A program made the translations under genes and the position numbers. A stretch of 43,318 bases of DNA, from NCBI GenBank assembly GCA_002686465.1, contig NZCP01000040.1:1-43318 (forward strand), in the 5' to 3' direction. Positions 17,423-25,867 of the stretch are shown here, in pieces (position 1 is the first letter of the stretch; each line of letters starts with the position of its first letter). The notes below the pieces were generated by a model, which ran no database searches, was not told the origin of the DNA, and saw nothing but the letters and a program-made list of their open reading frames with translations. Origin of the DNA: Candidatus Woesebacteria bacterium (GTDB lineage: Bacteria > Patescibacteriota > Microgenomatia > UBA8517 > UBA10165).

Positions 17423-17450
17423 AAATCTTGGGTGTCAGAGTAGCACCCGG

Positions 17451-17533
17451 TGCTGGGAGAGGGATTCGAACCCCCGTAGGCAAATGCCACCTGATTTACA
17501 GTCAGGCCCGGTTGACCACTTCGGTATCCCAGC
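17451..17533 (-). tRNA. tRNA-Tyr (GTA)
   Basis: GCTGGGA...CCTGA-CTGTAAA-TCAGG, long variable arm, GGTTCGAATCC...TCCCAGCA. Confidence 0.97.
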
Positions 17534-17620
17534 GAACCTTCTCAAACTTTCTTTGGTAAAGAAAGTGTACACGCTTTCTAAAAAGAAAGGTGACAAAGAA
17601 ACAGAAAAATCCGGATTGAG

Positions 17621-17692
17621 AGCCGAGGAGAGGATTCGAACCCCCGACCTTGGCTTTACAAAAGCCCTGCTCTGCCCCTGAGCTACCCCGGC
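17621..17692 (-). tRNA. tRNA-Thr (TGT)
   Basis: GCCGGGG...GGCT-TTTGTAA-AGCC...GGTTCGAATCC...CCTCGGCT. Confidence 0.95.
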
Positions 17693-17788
17693 CCGTCTAG
17701 GCTCGGACTATATCCGAGGCTGACGTAAGGTGTATTATACCAGAAATGTAGTTAAAATTGAACCTAACTTACTTGCCAAATCTTCTGT

Positions 17789-17817
17789 TTGACAATGATG
17801 TCTTCAGTCAATATACT
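17789..17817 (+). promoter_or_regulatory. Sigma70 promoter, probably giving a leaderless mRNA
   Basis: TTGACA (17789) - 17 nt - TATACT (17812) - 6 nt - ATG 17824. Confidence 0.75.
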
Positions 17818-17823
17818 CTCTCC

Positions 17824-18135
17824 ATGGCCAGAGAAGTCTTCGATCAAGACCCCTACACAGAATTAAGACAGGGAGCGCGCGATATTTTGTTTCGTGCTGG
17901 AATCCCCAGTAACCCAGGAAGCATAGATTTGGAAATTGTTAACGGTGCAAGAAGAATAGCTAACCTGGCACCAATTGAGCCATGGGACGAGTGGAGTAAA
18001 CAAGATGGTAAATTCGAAGGTTGTAGAGACAGATTAATTGAAACTATCCTGGAAGCAGGAGTGGATTTGCAGGAGCCAATTACTGAAACAACCAACATTC
18101 TCAAGGGGTTGGAAATCTTGACGTCGAGACGATAG
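17824..18135 (+). CDS. Hypothetical protein
   Basis: ORF from ATG 17824 directly behind a consensus promoter. Confidence 0.7.
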   Translation: MAREVFDQDPYTELRQGARDILFRAGIPSNPGSIDLEIVNGARRIANLAPIEPWDEWSKQDGKFEGCRDRLIETILEAGVDLQEPITETTNILKGLEILTSRR

Positions 18136-18156
18136 TCCTCAAGTAGTCCGTTTGCC

Positions 18157-18444
18157 TTGCAAAAGCGTTTATCATTTGTTACTATTCCAGGCATGATAAC
18201 AGAAAGAGATCTCGCCACAATTGAGCGATCTCATGTCAAAAAATTGGTGCGCTTCTTGCAAACTGAAACTGAACCAGCATTTCCTGATCGGGTGCAGTTG
18301 GACGTGCTCAAGGATGCACGAGAACGATTTGTCGGTCAAATGACCCCTGGGGCAAGAGAGTGCCTTCGCCAAGAGACGCGTGCCTTGACCGAATCTTGTA
18401 CATCGTCTAATCCTGAAAAAACTCTCCAAGAAGTACAAAGATAA
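18157..18444 (+). CDS. Hypothetical protein (start 18157 or 18193)
   Basis: ORF fills the gap on the same strand as its neighbours; no motif. Confidence 0.5.
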   Translation: MQKRLSFVTIPGMITERDLATIERSHVKKLVRFLQTETEPAFPDRVQLDVLKDARERFVGQMTPGARECLRQETRALTESCTSSNPEKTLQEVQR

Positions 18445-18523
18445 TTTCTGACAAAGTTTGCCAGGGTCTGTTGATATAGTTCAAGTTGTTGAAAAAATAC
18501 ACTTCACAGTATATATTTTAAGT

Positions 18524-18751
18524 ATGTTAACAAAATCGGATATTAGGCAGATAGACACTGTTGTCTCAAAAAGAATAACTAGAGAAATTAAGCCTGTAAA
18601 AAGGGATATTGGAACCATCAAAAGTGATGCTGCCCAAATAAGAAAGGATGTGAAAACGCTAGTAAATTATTTCGACAGAGAATATTTAGAATTAAGGGCG
18701 CGGATTGAAAGAATAGAAACCCATCTCCAAATAGAACCGAGCTCTTCTTAA
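18524..18751 (+). CDS. Small coiled-coil hypothetical protein
   Basis: MLTKSDIRQID...LRARIERIETHL heptad pattern; TATATT 6 nt before ATG. Confidence 0.75.
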   Translation: MLTKSDIRQIDTVVSKRITREIKPVKRDIGTIKSDAAQIRKDVKTLVNYFDREYLELRARIERIETHLQIEPSSS

Positions 18752-18783
18752 AGAATTCCCTGGGAATATGCTAAGATTTAGAT

Positions 18784-19800
18784 ATGAGTAAAGGCATTGT
18801 AATGCCGTTGGTTGCGGCTGTCGTGGTCTTAGGTCTTAGCGCTTTGCTAGCTTGGTATTTCTTCTCTTCATTTTCAAAATCTTCCTCTTCAAAACTTGGA
18901 CCATCAATCTCATATAAAGAAGCGGGGATTCCTGTTCCTGAAGAGTTCGATCCGGCGTCAGTTGGAAGCCCACATACAAGAGACAGTGAAAAACATCCGG
19001 ATTGTTGCAATCATCCTTATTGGCACAAGGTTTATAAAGCAACTTCTTTTAATGGCACGACTTGGAACAGGGAGAATGTTTTGATTGAAGAGCATGCGAG
19101 TGTTCCGGCAATTTTAGAAAAAGATGACGGGAGTTTTATTCTTTATTACGTTAATGGTGATGTTGACACGATGGATTGTTCGGTGTCGCAGGATGGAAAA
19201 GATTTTACAAAGGGTGGTTGTACTATTTATGGGTTTACAGAAAACAAAGTTTGGGATCCCTATATAGTTAAAATCGAAAATGGGTTTTACAGAATGTATT
19301 TTTATGCACCTTCAAAAGGGTTAGTTCGGGAAGAGCAAGAACATAAAATCATGAGTGCAATCTCAAAAGACGGAATAAACTGGCTTCAAGAAGAAGGTCC
19401 GCGGTTCGAGTATCAGGGAATTATAGACCCGGCGGTTATTAAGATGGGAGGTGTCTGGCGCATGTATACTTGGTATCCAAAAGATGCTGGCGGTCCTGGA
19501 AATTCAGTCATGGTCTCGGCAACAAGCAATGATGGCCTAAATTTTCAATTTGAAAAAGAGTTTAATGTTGGTGGTGGAATTCCGGAGATTGTTGAGTATA
19601 GCCGTAATAGATATAGGATGTATTTTTGTGAACAAGGGATAAGTGCTGTGACGAGCACTGATGGACTTGACTGGTCAAGAAAACAAACAGTCCTTCCAGC
19701 AGGTCCTGGGGAGATAGTTTGTGACCCAAGCGTTATAAAATCAGGCGGAGAATGGGTGATGTATTACAAGGTACAAGAAGTCAATTCTTCTCCTTTTTAG
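18784..19800 (+). CDS. Membrane-anchored five-bladed beta-propeller, glycoside hydrolase GH43/32-like
   Basis: N-terminal TM; repeated blades WDPYIV..YRMYF, IDPAVI..WRMY, CDPSVI..WVMYY with SxDG turns. Confidence 0.75.
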   Translation: MSKGIVMPLVAAVVVLGLSALLAWYFFSSFSKSSSSKLGPSISYKEAGIPVPEEFDPASVGSPHTRDSEKHPDCCNHPYWHKVYKATSFNGTTWNRENVLIEEHASVPAILEKDDGSFILYYVNGDVDTMDCSVSQDGKDFTKGGCTIYGFTENKVWDPYIVKIENGFYRMYFYAPSKGLVREEQEHKIMSAISKDGINWLQEEGPRFEYQGIIDPAVIKMGGVWRMYTWYPKDAGGPGNSVMVSATSNDGLNFQFEKEFNVGGGIPEIVEYSRNRYRMYFCEQGISAVTSTDGLDWSRKQTVLPAGPGEIVCDPSVIKSGGEWVMYYKVQEVNSSPF

Positions 19801-19827
19801 ACCCCAGAGTGATATAATGCAAAAATT

Positions 19828-20343
19828 ATGGAAAGGACTCCTAGAAGGTTTACTCGGGATGAGAAAAAAATAGAGAGACTTAGGGAATGTGCAACGAAGG
19901 AATTGGCTCGCTTCTCCAATGGCCTAGGGTTGCCATCGATCTTCTCGGGATGTTTACCGAATTCAATGGTTGAGAAGTTAGGGGATTCACCTCCAACCGA
20001 GCGTGCCGAGGGAAATATAAAATTTATCGCAGACGTTTGGACTTGTTCGCCGGCCTTGAGAACCCTTTTCATGCGAACAAGAAAGCCAGTAATTCTTGAT
20101 GACATTGGGTGCTTTAGGTTCGTTGTGCGTCGCGACATGTATGATATTTGCTATCGTGAACCTAGTCGAAACGGAGATTTGGCTACGCCATATCGTTCTG
20201 CACCCACTTTGTTTGGAGAGTTATGGGGAGCTGAAGATGATAAAATACTTGAGAATATTGCGGGTCTTTCTAAGAAAAGAATACTTCTTGGTTTTAACAG
20301 AATCCTTCGAGATAAAGCCGTCCTTTCAAGGCAACCCCTTTAG
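19828..20343 (+). CDS. Hypothetical protein
   Basis: 171-aa ORF; TATAAT 9 nt before ATG. Confidence 0.65.
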   Translation: MERTPRRFTRDEKKIERLRECATKELARFSNGLGLPSIFSGCLPNSMVEKLGDSPPTERAEGNIKFIADVWTCSPALRTLFMRTRKPVILDDIGCFRFVVRRDMYDICYREPSRNGDLATPYRSAPTLFGELWGAEDDKILENIAGLSKKRILLGFNRILRDKAVLSRQPL

Positions 20344-21447
20344 TATCTCCTCTGTTAAATAATCTGCCACCCTTTTTGTTCCCACTGGGGTTAGATGAAA
20401 ATCCCAAAGATAGTAGCAGTCGAGACACCCGTCTTTTCTAAATTCATCTAAAAGCGAGAAATAGGCAAAGCCGTTTTTTTCTGCAACTTCTCTAAGATCC
20501 GGATCTGGGTTGAAGTCAAGCAGTCTGTTGCTTACCTGAAAACCGAGACCTTTTCTATAAGAGTGAAATTCTTCCGAGACCAAATCATTTGAAGGCAAGA
20601 AAACAATGTAAACAGGAAGGTCTTTACTGCAAGAGCTTTTTAGTCTTTCCAGTTTTTTGTCTACCACGTTGACAGCTTTTCTAAACGTTGTCTCGTCAAG
20701 CATCGAAATTAAAAAGTTGGGATTTTGTGTGCTGTAGGAAATTATGTCTGGGTTCAGCTTTCCTTCTAAATACATTTTGCGTGCTTCGGGGGCAAGTGAG
20801 TTAATATAATCTTGATTAAATGCAGCAAAGCTTTGAGCTCTCGGCTTCCAATAACTTGAAGTTTCAATAACTGCCCCTGGTTTTGCACCAGACGGTTGGA
20901 TAAAGCGATTTTTAATCCGGGATAATGTTGGCCAGAAGGTACCGACTATGCGATGCTCATTTGACGTCCCTTGCTCTCTGATTAATACTTGGTTAAGATC
21001 ATCAGTTGAGTAGAACCCTAAGATTATTGCGTCGATCTCTAGTTGGTCAGCATACGCTTGACATACCAAAATTTCGCTTTCTAAATCTAGACCAGGTGCT
21101 CCTGCATTAATTACCTCTACAGTTTTCCCTTTTGAACGTAGATTTTTTTCTAATAACTTTGGCCAGGAATCGGAAAGATCAACACCCCAGCCAAAAACGA
21201 ATGAGTCTCCAAATGCCAAAATACGGTAGGTATCAGAGGGTTTTGGTATTACTACTTCTCCATTCCGCAAACCTTGTGAGGAGGTAAGTATCTTGATAGT
21301 GAATTCACCAGTTGCCATTGTCTCTGTGATATGGGGAACTATTGTCTTGAAATAACCGATTTGGTTTAAGTAAGAGCCGAGAAATCTATCGAGTACGATC
21401 GAAGATGTAAAGACAATTAAAGATGAGACGAGTACTAGAATTGCCAA
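20326..21447 (-). CDS. SGNH/GDSL hydrolase family protein, membrane-anchored (start uncertain)
   Basis: LAFGDSFVFG (block I), INAGAPG (block II), DFHLTPVG (DxH). Confidence 0.88.
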   Translation of the reverse strand: MAILVLVSSLIVFTSSIVLDRFLGSYLNQIGYFKTIVPHITETMATGEFTIKILTSSQGLRNGEVVIPKPSDTYRILAFGDSFVFGWGVDLSDSWPKLLEKNLRSKGKTVEVINAGAPGLDLESEILVCQAYADQLEIDAIILGFYSTDDLNQVLIREQGTSNEHRIVGTFWPTLSRIKNRFIQPSGAKPGAVIETSSYWKPRAQSFAAFNQDYINSLAPEARKMYLEGKLNPDIISYSTQNPNFLISMLDETTFRKAVNVVDKKLERLKSSCSKDLPVYIVFLPSNDLVSEEFHSYRKGLGFQVSNRLLDFNPDPDLREVAEKNGFAYFSLLDEFRKDGCLDCYYLWDFHLTPVGTKRVADYLTEEILKGLP

Positions 21448-21464
21448 TGGAAGTTGTGTAAAAA

Positions 21465-21614
21465 TGCCCCACCTTCTGGGATTGTCCAGAGATGTTTCCC
21501 CTGGTTTTCACCAGGTGGGTGGGCTGTCCCAAACCCCAAAGGGTTAGGGAACTCCGCCTTCCCGTAAGTAAAATGATAGGGGAAATATTCCCTGGTATCC
21601 TTTCCGGTAGGGCA
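21465..21614 (-). ncRNA. Probable 6S RNA (ssrS-like)
   Basis: Rod fold: GCCCUACC/GGUGGGGC, GGAU/AUCC, CCAGGGA/UCUCUGG, UUUCCCC/GGGGAAA, central bubble, apical UCCCUAACCC/GGGUUUGGGA; own promoter; U-run after. Confidence 0.75.
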
Positions 21615-21619
21615 ACTTC

Positions 21620-21648
21620 AATATAGCAAAAAAGTGGGTTTTGGTCAA
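21620..21648 (-). promoter_or_regulatory. Sigma70 promoter of the 6S-like RNA
   Basis: TTGACC (21648-21643) - 17 nt - TATATT (21625-21620). Confidence 0.75.
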
Positions 21649-21651
21649 TCT

Positions 21652-22290
21652 CTAAAGGATGGGTGAGGTGGGGAGAAGCGTGCTTAATATGATGTTTAAT
21701 ACGGGTCTAATAATGCTAAAGATTATTGATGTTCCTCCAAAGATTGGGAAGATTAGAAATAGAAGGATGATAAATCCATATTGGCTCAAAATTTTATCCC
21801 AACTGTGTGCGATGTCTTCTGGGAGAAGAGCAATTAGAATTTTTCCTCCATCAAGAGGGTGTATTGGGATTAAGTTAAAGATTGCCAAGATGATATTGAT
21901 ATATATAAAGGGAACTAGGAGTACCGCAAGGGTTGGGAGGACCTGAAAAACATCCAAACCTCTTACTATGAGAGCAAGGGCGGTTGCGAGTATTAAATTA
22001 GACAAAGGTCCGGCAAAGGCAATTTTAGCTGCGTCTCGTCTTGGGTTTTCAAGATTATAGGGATCGAACCGAACGGGTTTTGCCCACCCAAAAAGAATTG
22101 GTGCGCCGCTTATGATTAAGAATGCGGGTACAAGGATTGTGCCGATGATGTCTATATGGGCTATTGGATTTAGGCTAAAGCGTCCCTGAACCCTTGGGGT
22201 AGGGTCACCGAGTCTGTCTGCTGCCCAGGCGTGAGAAAATTCATGAATTACGATTGCAACTAAGAAAGCAAGTGCTAGTATCAGTATCAT
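21652..22290 (-). CDS. Site-2 protease (M50) family membrane metalloprotease
   Basis: IHEFSHAW, AFAGPLSN, FNLIPIHPLDGG. Confidence 0.95.
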   Translation of the reverse strand: MILILALAFLVAIVIHEFSHAWAADRLGDPTPRVQGRFSLNPIAHIDIIGTILVPAFLIISGAPILFGWAKPVRFDPYNLENPRRDAAKIAFAGPLSNLILATALALIVRGLDVFQVLPTLAVLLVPFIYINIILAIFNLIPIHPLDGGKILIALLPEDIAHSWDKILSQYGFIILLFLIFPIFGGTSIIFSIIRPVLNIILSTLLPTSPIL

Positions 22291-22348
22291 TTCTGGAAAA
22301 TCGAACCTTTCTGTAGTATAGTATACAGGTTCGAAAGTAAGGAGTTCA

Positions 22349-22585
22349 ATGGCTATATGTAACAGTTGTGGGAAAGGGTCTATGCGAGGTAGTCGTATTT
22401 CTCACGCACACAATGTCAGTAAACGTGTTTTTAAACCAAACCTTCACAGTTTTTGGATGGTTGAAGGCGGTCACCGCACGCGAAAAAAGTTTTGTACGAA
22501 GTGTTTGAGGAAAGTTAAGAAAGAGGTATTACAAGTATCAAAAGTACCACAGGTATCAAAGGCTCAGAATATTGCTTCAGGATAA
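22349..22585 (+). CDS. rpmB: 50S ribosomal protein L28 with repeat-derived C-terminal tail
   Basis: CNSCGK...ISHAHNVSKRVFKPNL...CTKCLR. Confidence 0.95.
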   Translation: MAICNSCGKGSMRGSRISHAHNVSKRVFKPNLHSFWMVEGGHRTRKKFCTKCLRKVKKEVLQVSKVPQVSKAQNIASG

Positions 22586-23484
22586 CCTTGTCTAAATTGG
22601 TTCCAGGAAACAGGCGATTTGCCCTCTAACTGTACTTGATCCAAGATCAATTTCCCATCTTTAGCATGTGCCCTTAAAATCTTTAATTTTCTTGTTACTT
22701 GTCCCTTGTTACTTGTTACTTTTATCTCTGTCCATGCATTTGGCCAAGGAGAAACGGCTCGAATGAAACGCTCTATGGCTTTGGGATTAGGCACCAGAGA
22801 AAACCCCTGTATATATAGTACAGACCATTTACTCTTTGCGATCTTACCGTTAAGTGCGAGTTTTACATATTTCGGGGGGACAAATCCGTATTCTTTTTTA
22901 AATAGAGTGGTGTATGTGGCTTTGTCATGTTCCTGTGCGACCGGCTTAAGTTTTCCGTCTAAGTAATCCTGGAGAATTTTTGCGAGTTCCTTTGCAGATT
23001 TTGTAAATAATCTCTCAAGTAAACTTCGGCCTGTGTCGTCATTTCTTACCTTTTCCTTGAATTGCGCAATTATTAAACCGTGATCCATTTCTTCATCCAT
23101 TTGCATTAGAGATACTCCTGTATCTCTGTCACCTGACACAATCGTCGCTTGAGTTGGGGACGCCCCACGATATTTTGGTAAAAGAGATGGATGGATATTG
23201 ACTATCCCAGAGGGGAACATATCTATTACTTTTTTGGGGATAATTCTGCCATAGGCCGCCAAGACTCCAACATCCGCTTTGACACGAATGTTTTGTAAGT
23301 CAGTGACAATTTTGACTTTATGTTTCTTTGCCCATTCTGCGACTGGGGAGTCAACTACTTCTTGTTTTCTTCCAACCGGCTTTGCCGTCTGAGTAACGAC
23401 CGCCACGATCTCGTGTTGCTTGTTTAGGGCAATTAAGATTGATAACACATAATCCGGGGTGCCAAAAAATACAACCTTTGCCAT
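22564..23484 (-). CDS. fmt: Methionyl-tRNA formyltransferase
   Basis: VFFGTPDY, AAYGRII, NIHPSLLPKYRGASP, MDEEMDHG, PWPNAW, QLEGK. Confidence 0.96.
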   Translation of the reverse strand: MAKVVFFGTPDYVLSILIALNKQHEIVAVVTQTAKPVGRKQEVVDSPVAEWAKKHKVKIVTDLQNIRVKADVGVLAAYGRIIPKKVIDMFPSGIVNIHPSLLPKYRGASPTQATIVSGDRDTGVSLMQMDEEMDHGLIIAQFKEKVRNDDTGRSLLERLFTKSAKELAKILQDYLDGKLKPVAQEHDKATYTTLFKKEYGFVPPKYVKLALNGKIAKSKWSVLYIQGFSLVPNPKAIERFIRAVSPWPNAWTEIKVTSNKGQVTRKLKILRAHAKDGKLILDQVQLEGKSPVSWNQFRQGYPEAIF

Positions 23485-23495
23485 ATTATCTTATT

Positions 23496-24317
23496 CTACT
23501 CTTTTTTCTTGCGAAGTTTGTTCTCGATGTATTCTCTCCAGATTGGCCCTTTTCCATTTGTCTCGATCCACATTGCTGCCAACTCCTCGTTTTCAGATCT
23601 AGATTTGTAGTTGTCGCGCAGACCTGCTGTAACAATGTAAGCTTTTGCTTGGACTGCATACGCTTCTGCTTGCCGCGAGATATAGTCGTTAATATTTGCT
23701 GCACTCTTGTGTGGGGCGGCCAACCCGTTTTCTGGACCGTAGAATAGAGACATCTCGCGGGTAAGAGCGACTGCAACGTCGATCAAATCCATTTGATTTA
23801 GGAGTCGGGCTGCAGAAGCATTGACTACCAACCTTGATTTTCCTTTGTTTTCTTCCAAATACAGTACTAGATTTTTCGGATTACTTTTATCCGAGTCATT
23901 TAGAAACGCAAGATCTGCTCCCTTTGATTCAAGAGCAAATTTTATATTGGCTGCTGCATTTCTGAACCAGGTGTTCTCTGACTGACCCATTGCAAAATAA
24001 GTGCGCCTTATCTTGTCTATAGCTTTTCGAGTCAATGGCTTTGCCTCCTCATTTATAGGAAAACGGTCTTGGGGTGGGTTATTGACTGCGTTTTGCCACA
24101 GGAATATTTCTTTCTCGCTCCACGATATTTTGTGATGCTGTACTTTGCTCCAGATTATTGAGCGGAAACTTTCTGACCTTTCCCTGAATTTATCTTGGAC
24201 AGATTGTTCAGGGGGCAGACATGCCGTCGCGAATACTGAAGGCATTGCTAGCAAGCCAAGTGTCACTCTCCTTGAAACTCGTGCACCAAGAATGGGATGA
24301 GAGAATTCTCTAGTCAT
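23496..24317 (-). CDS. Hypothetical exported protein/lipoprotein; paralog of 24310..25257 lacking HExxH
   Basis: VSRRVTLGLL...FATAC signal; shares blocks with its neighbour. Confidence 0.75.
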   Translation of the reverse strand: MTREFSHPILGARVSRRVTLGLLAMPSVFATACLPPEQSVQDKFRERSESFRSIIWSKVQHHKISWSEKEIFLWQNAVNNPPQDRFPINEEAKPLTRKAIDKIRRTYFAMGQSENTWFRNAAANIKFALESKGADLAFLNDSDKSNPKNLVLYLEENKGKSRLVVNASAARLLNQMDLIDVAVALTREMSLFYGPENGLAAPHKSAANINDYISRQAEAYAVQAKAYIVTAGLRDNYKSRSENEELAAMWIETNGKGPIWREYIENKLRKKKE

Positions 24318-25257
24318 GAGTGGGGATTATATCACTTTTTTGTTCACTTTTCTTTTTTTCTCTTGCTTTGATGCCTTCCTGTAATCGATTCTCGACAAGA
24401 TATTTTCTCCAATCTGGACTGTCTGCACGACGACCCGATTGAATAAGAGTTACTGCCAACTCTTCGTCTTCTGATCCTGTGCTGTCACGTCCAAGAAGAC
24501 CTACATGATAAATATATGCCCCAGCTTGGGCTTTGTAACCACGAGACTCTTCTACTATATATTCATCTATGTCTTGGAAGCGTCTTCTGTGTATGTCGAG
24601 TCTGTCTTCTGGAGAAAGAGGCAACAGCATGCGATCATAATCTCTCACATTCTGCAAGTGTTCAATTTCGTGAACTAGATCAATTGCTAGTTCTGAAGAA
24701 TTTTTCCCGAATATAACATCTGTTGGTATCCCAATTATCCATACTAGTTTACCGTCTTCAACATTGGCTGCTGTGGTCATTACCCTTGTGGTGTCCTCAC
24801 TAGATGGAGATTTAAAAATATCGACGAAGGTTTGCCCGGATTGCAAAAGGGGCAATAAATAATCTGCAGCTTCTTTAAAGTGTATATTTTCCGAACGTTC
24901 CATAATCCAGAGTGTGCTATACAATCTTTGACCTACTTCCTGTAATACCTCGTCTGTCGGTAGGGGGATTGATAGACTACGAAAGGCATTTTGTTCCCAT
25001 AGATCTATCTCTTTTTGGCTTTGTTCTATACTTTGGCGTTGAATCTCTTTTTGTATTATTGATTTTGCAGTTTCAGGTGGTGCCCCTGTCTTTTCAGCAG
25101 TAATACGGTCCTTCTCAATTTGGGTAGTAATCCTTCTGATAGCCATACCTCCTGCTCGGGCACCTACTGTCGCAAGAGTGGCTGCGGCAAGAGATATTAT
25201 AAAGTCGTCTCGGCCAATTCGGATGTCAAGCCAGGATTTCTTTCTTTCGGTACTCAT
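24310..25257 (-). CDS. Hypothetical exported protein with HExxH (zincin-like) motif
   Basis: N-terminal hydrophobic segment; LAIDLVHEIEHL...EESRGY. Confidence 0.75.
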   Translation of the reverse strand: MSTERKKSWLDIRIGRDDFIISLAAATLATVGARAGGMAIRRITTQIEKDRITAEKTGAPPETAKSIIQKEIQRQSIEQSQKEIDLWEQNAFRSLSIPLPTDEVLQEVGQRLYSTLWIMERSENIHFKEAADYLLPLLQSGQTFVDIFKSPSSEDTTRVMTTAANVEDGKLVWIIGIPTDVIFGKNSSELAIDLVHEIEHLQNVRDYDRMLLPLSPEDRLDIHRRRFQDIDEYIVEESRGYKAQAGAYIYHVGLLGRDSTGSEDEELAVTLIQSGRRADSPDWRKYLVENRLQEGIKAREKKKSEQKSDIIPTHD

Positions 25258-25303
25258 CAGGCGGAATTATATCAGGTCTAGGCTTAAACTAAGAAGTTTT
25301 GGG

Positions 25304-25855
25304 CTATGGGAGTTCTACTTCGTGCCATTCACCTTTTTTAAGCTGGAATAATTGTCGCTTTTGCTCAAAGAGACGGTCAACAAAGATTCGTCCATTAAGA
25401 TGATCTATTTCGTGTTGGACGATTTGTGCCGGAAAGCCGGAAAGGGATTTTGTCACAGTTCCCATTTTTGTATTTTGGTATTTTAGTTTTACGTCGCGGG
25501 ATCTTTGTACGGGGCCATAATAATGGGGGAGCGAGAGGCATCCCTCCATCGCATATTCTTTTTGTTTTTTGATCTTTTTCTTTCGACCTTTTGCTGGGTC
25601 GTTTGTTTCCTTTGAAAGTTCAATGACTTCAGGATTTATGACTGGAGTGATTTTGCCTTCGTATCGCATTACAAAAACACGTAAAAAAACTCCGATTTGC
25701 GGGGCTGCAAGGCCAACACCTTCTGGATCATTTTGCGATTTCAAGGTATCTTTAAGATCATCTATTAATGACAAGATTTTTTTATCTATCTTGCCAACTG
25801 ACTTTGATTTTTGCCTCAAACGCGGATCTTGTGTCGAAAGAACTTTCCTAACCAT
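25304..25855 (-). CDS. def: Peptide deformylase
   Basis: GVGLAAPQIG, EGCLS, QHEIDHLNG. Confidence 0.98.
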   Translation of the reverse strand: MVRKVLSTQDPRLRQKSKSVGKIDKKILSLIDDLKDTLKSQNDPEGVGLAAPQIGVFLRVFVMRYEGKITPVINPEVIELSKETNDPAKGRKKKIKKQKEYAMEGCLSLPHYYGPVQRSRDVKLKYQNTKMGTVTKSLSGFPAQIVQHEIDHLNGRIFVDRLFEQKRQLFQLKKGEWHEVELP

Positions 25856-25867
25856 GCCTGTATTGTA

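Noticed and set aside
17423-17450. tRNA-Gly expected in the Thr-Tyr-Gly-Thr cluster
   Set aside because: The gap is only 28 nt with a small hairpin; no cloverleaf. tuf is also absent here.
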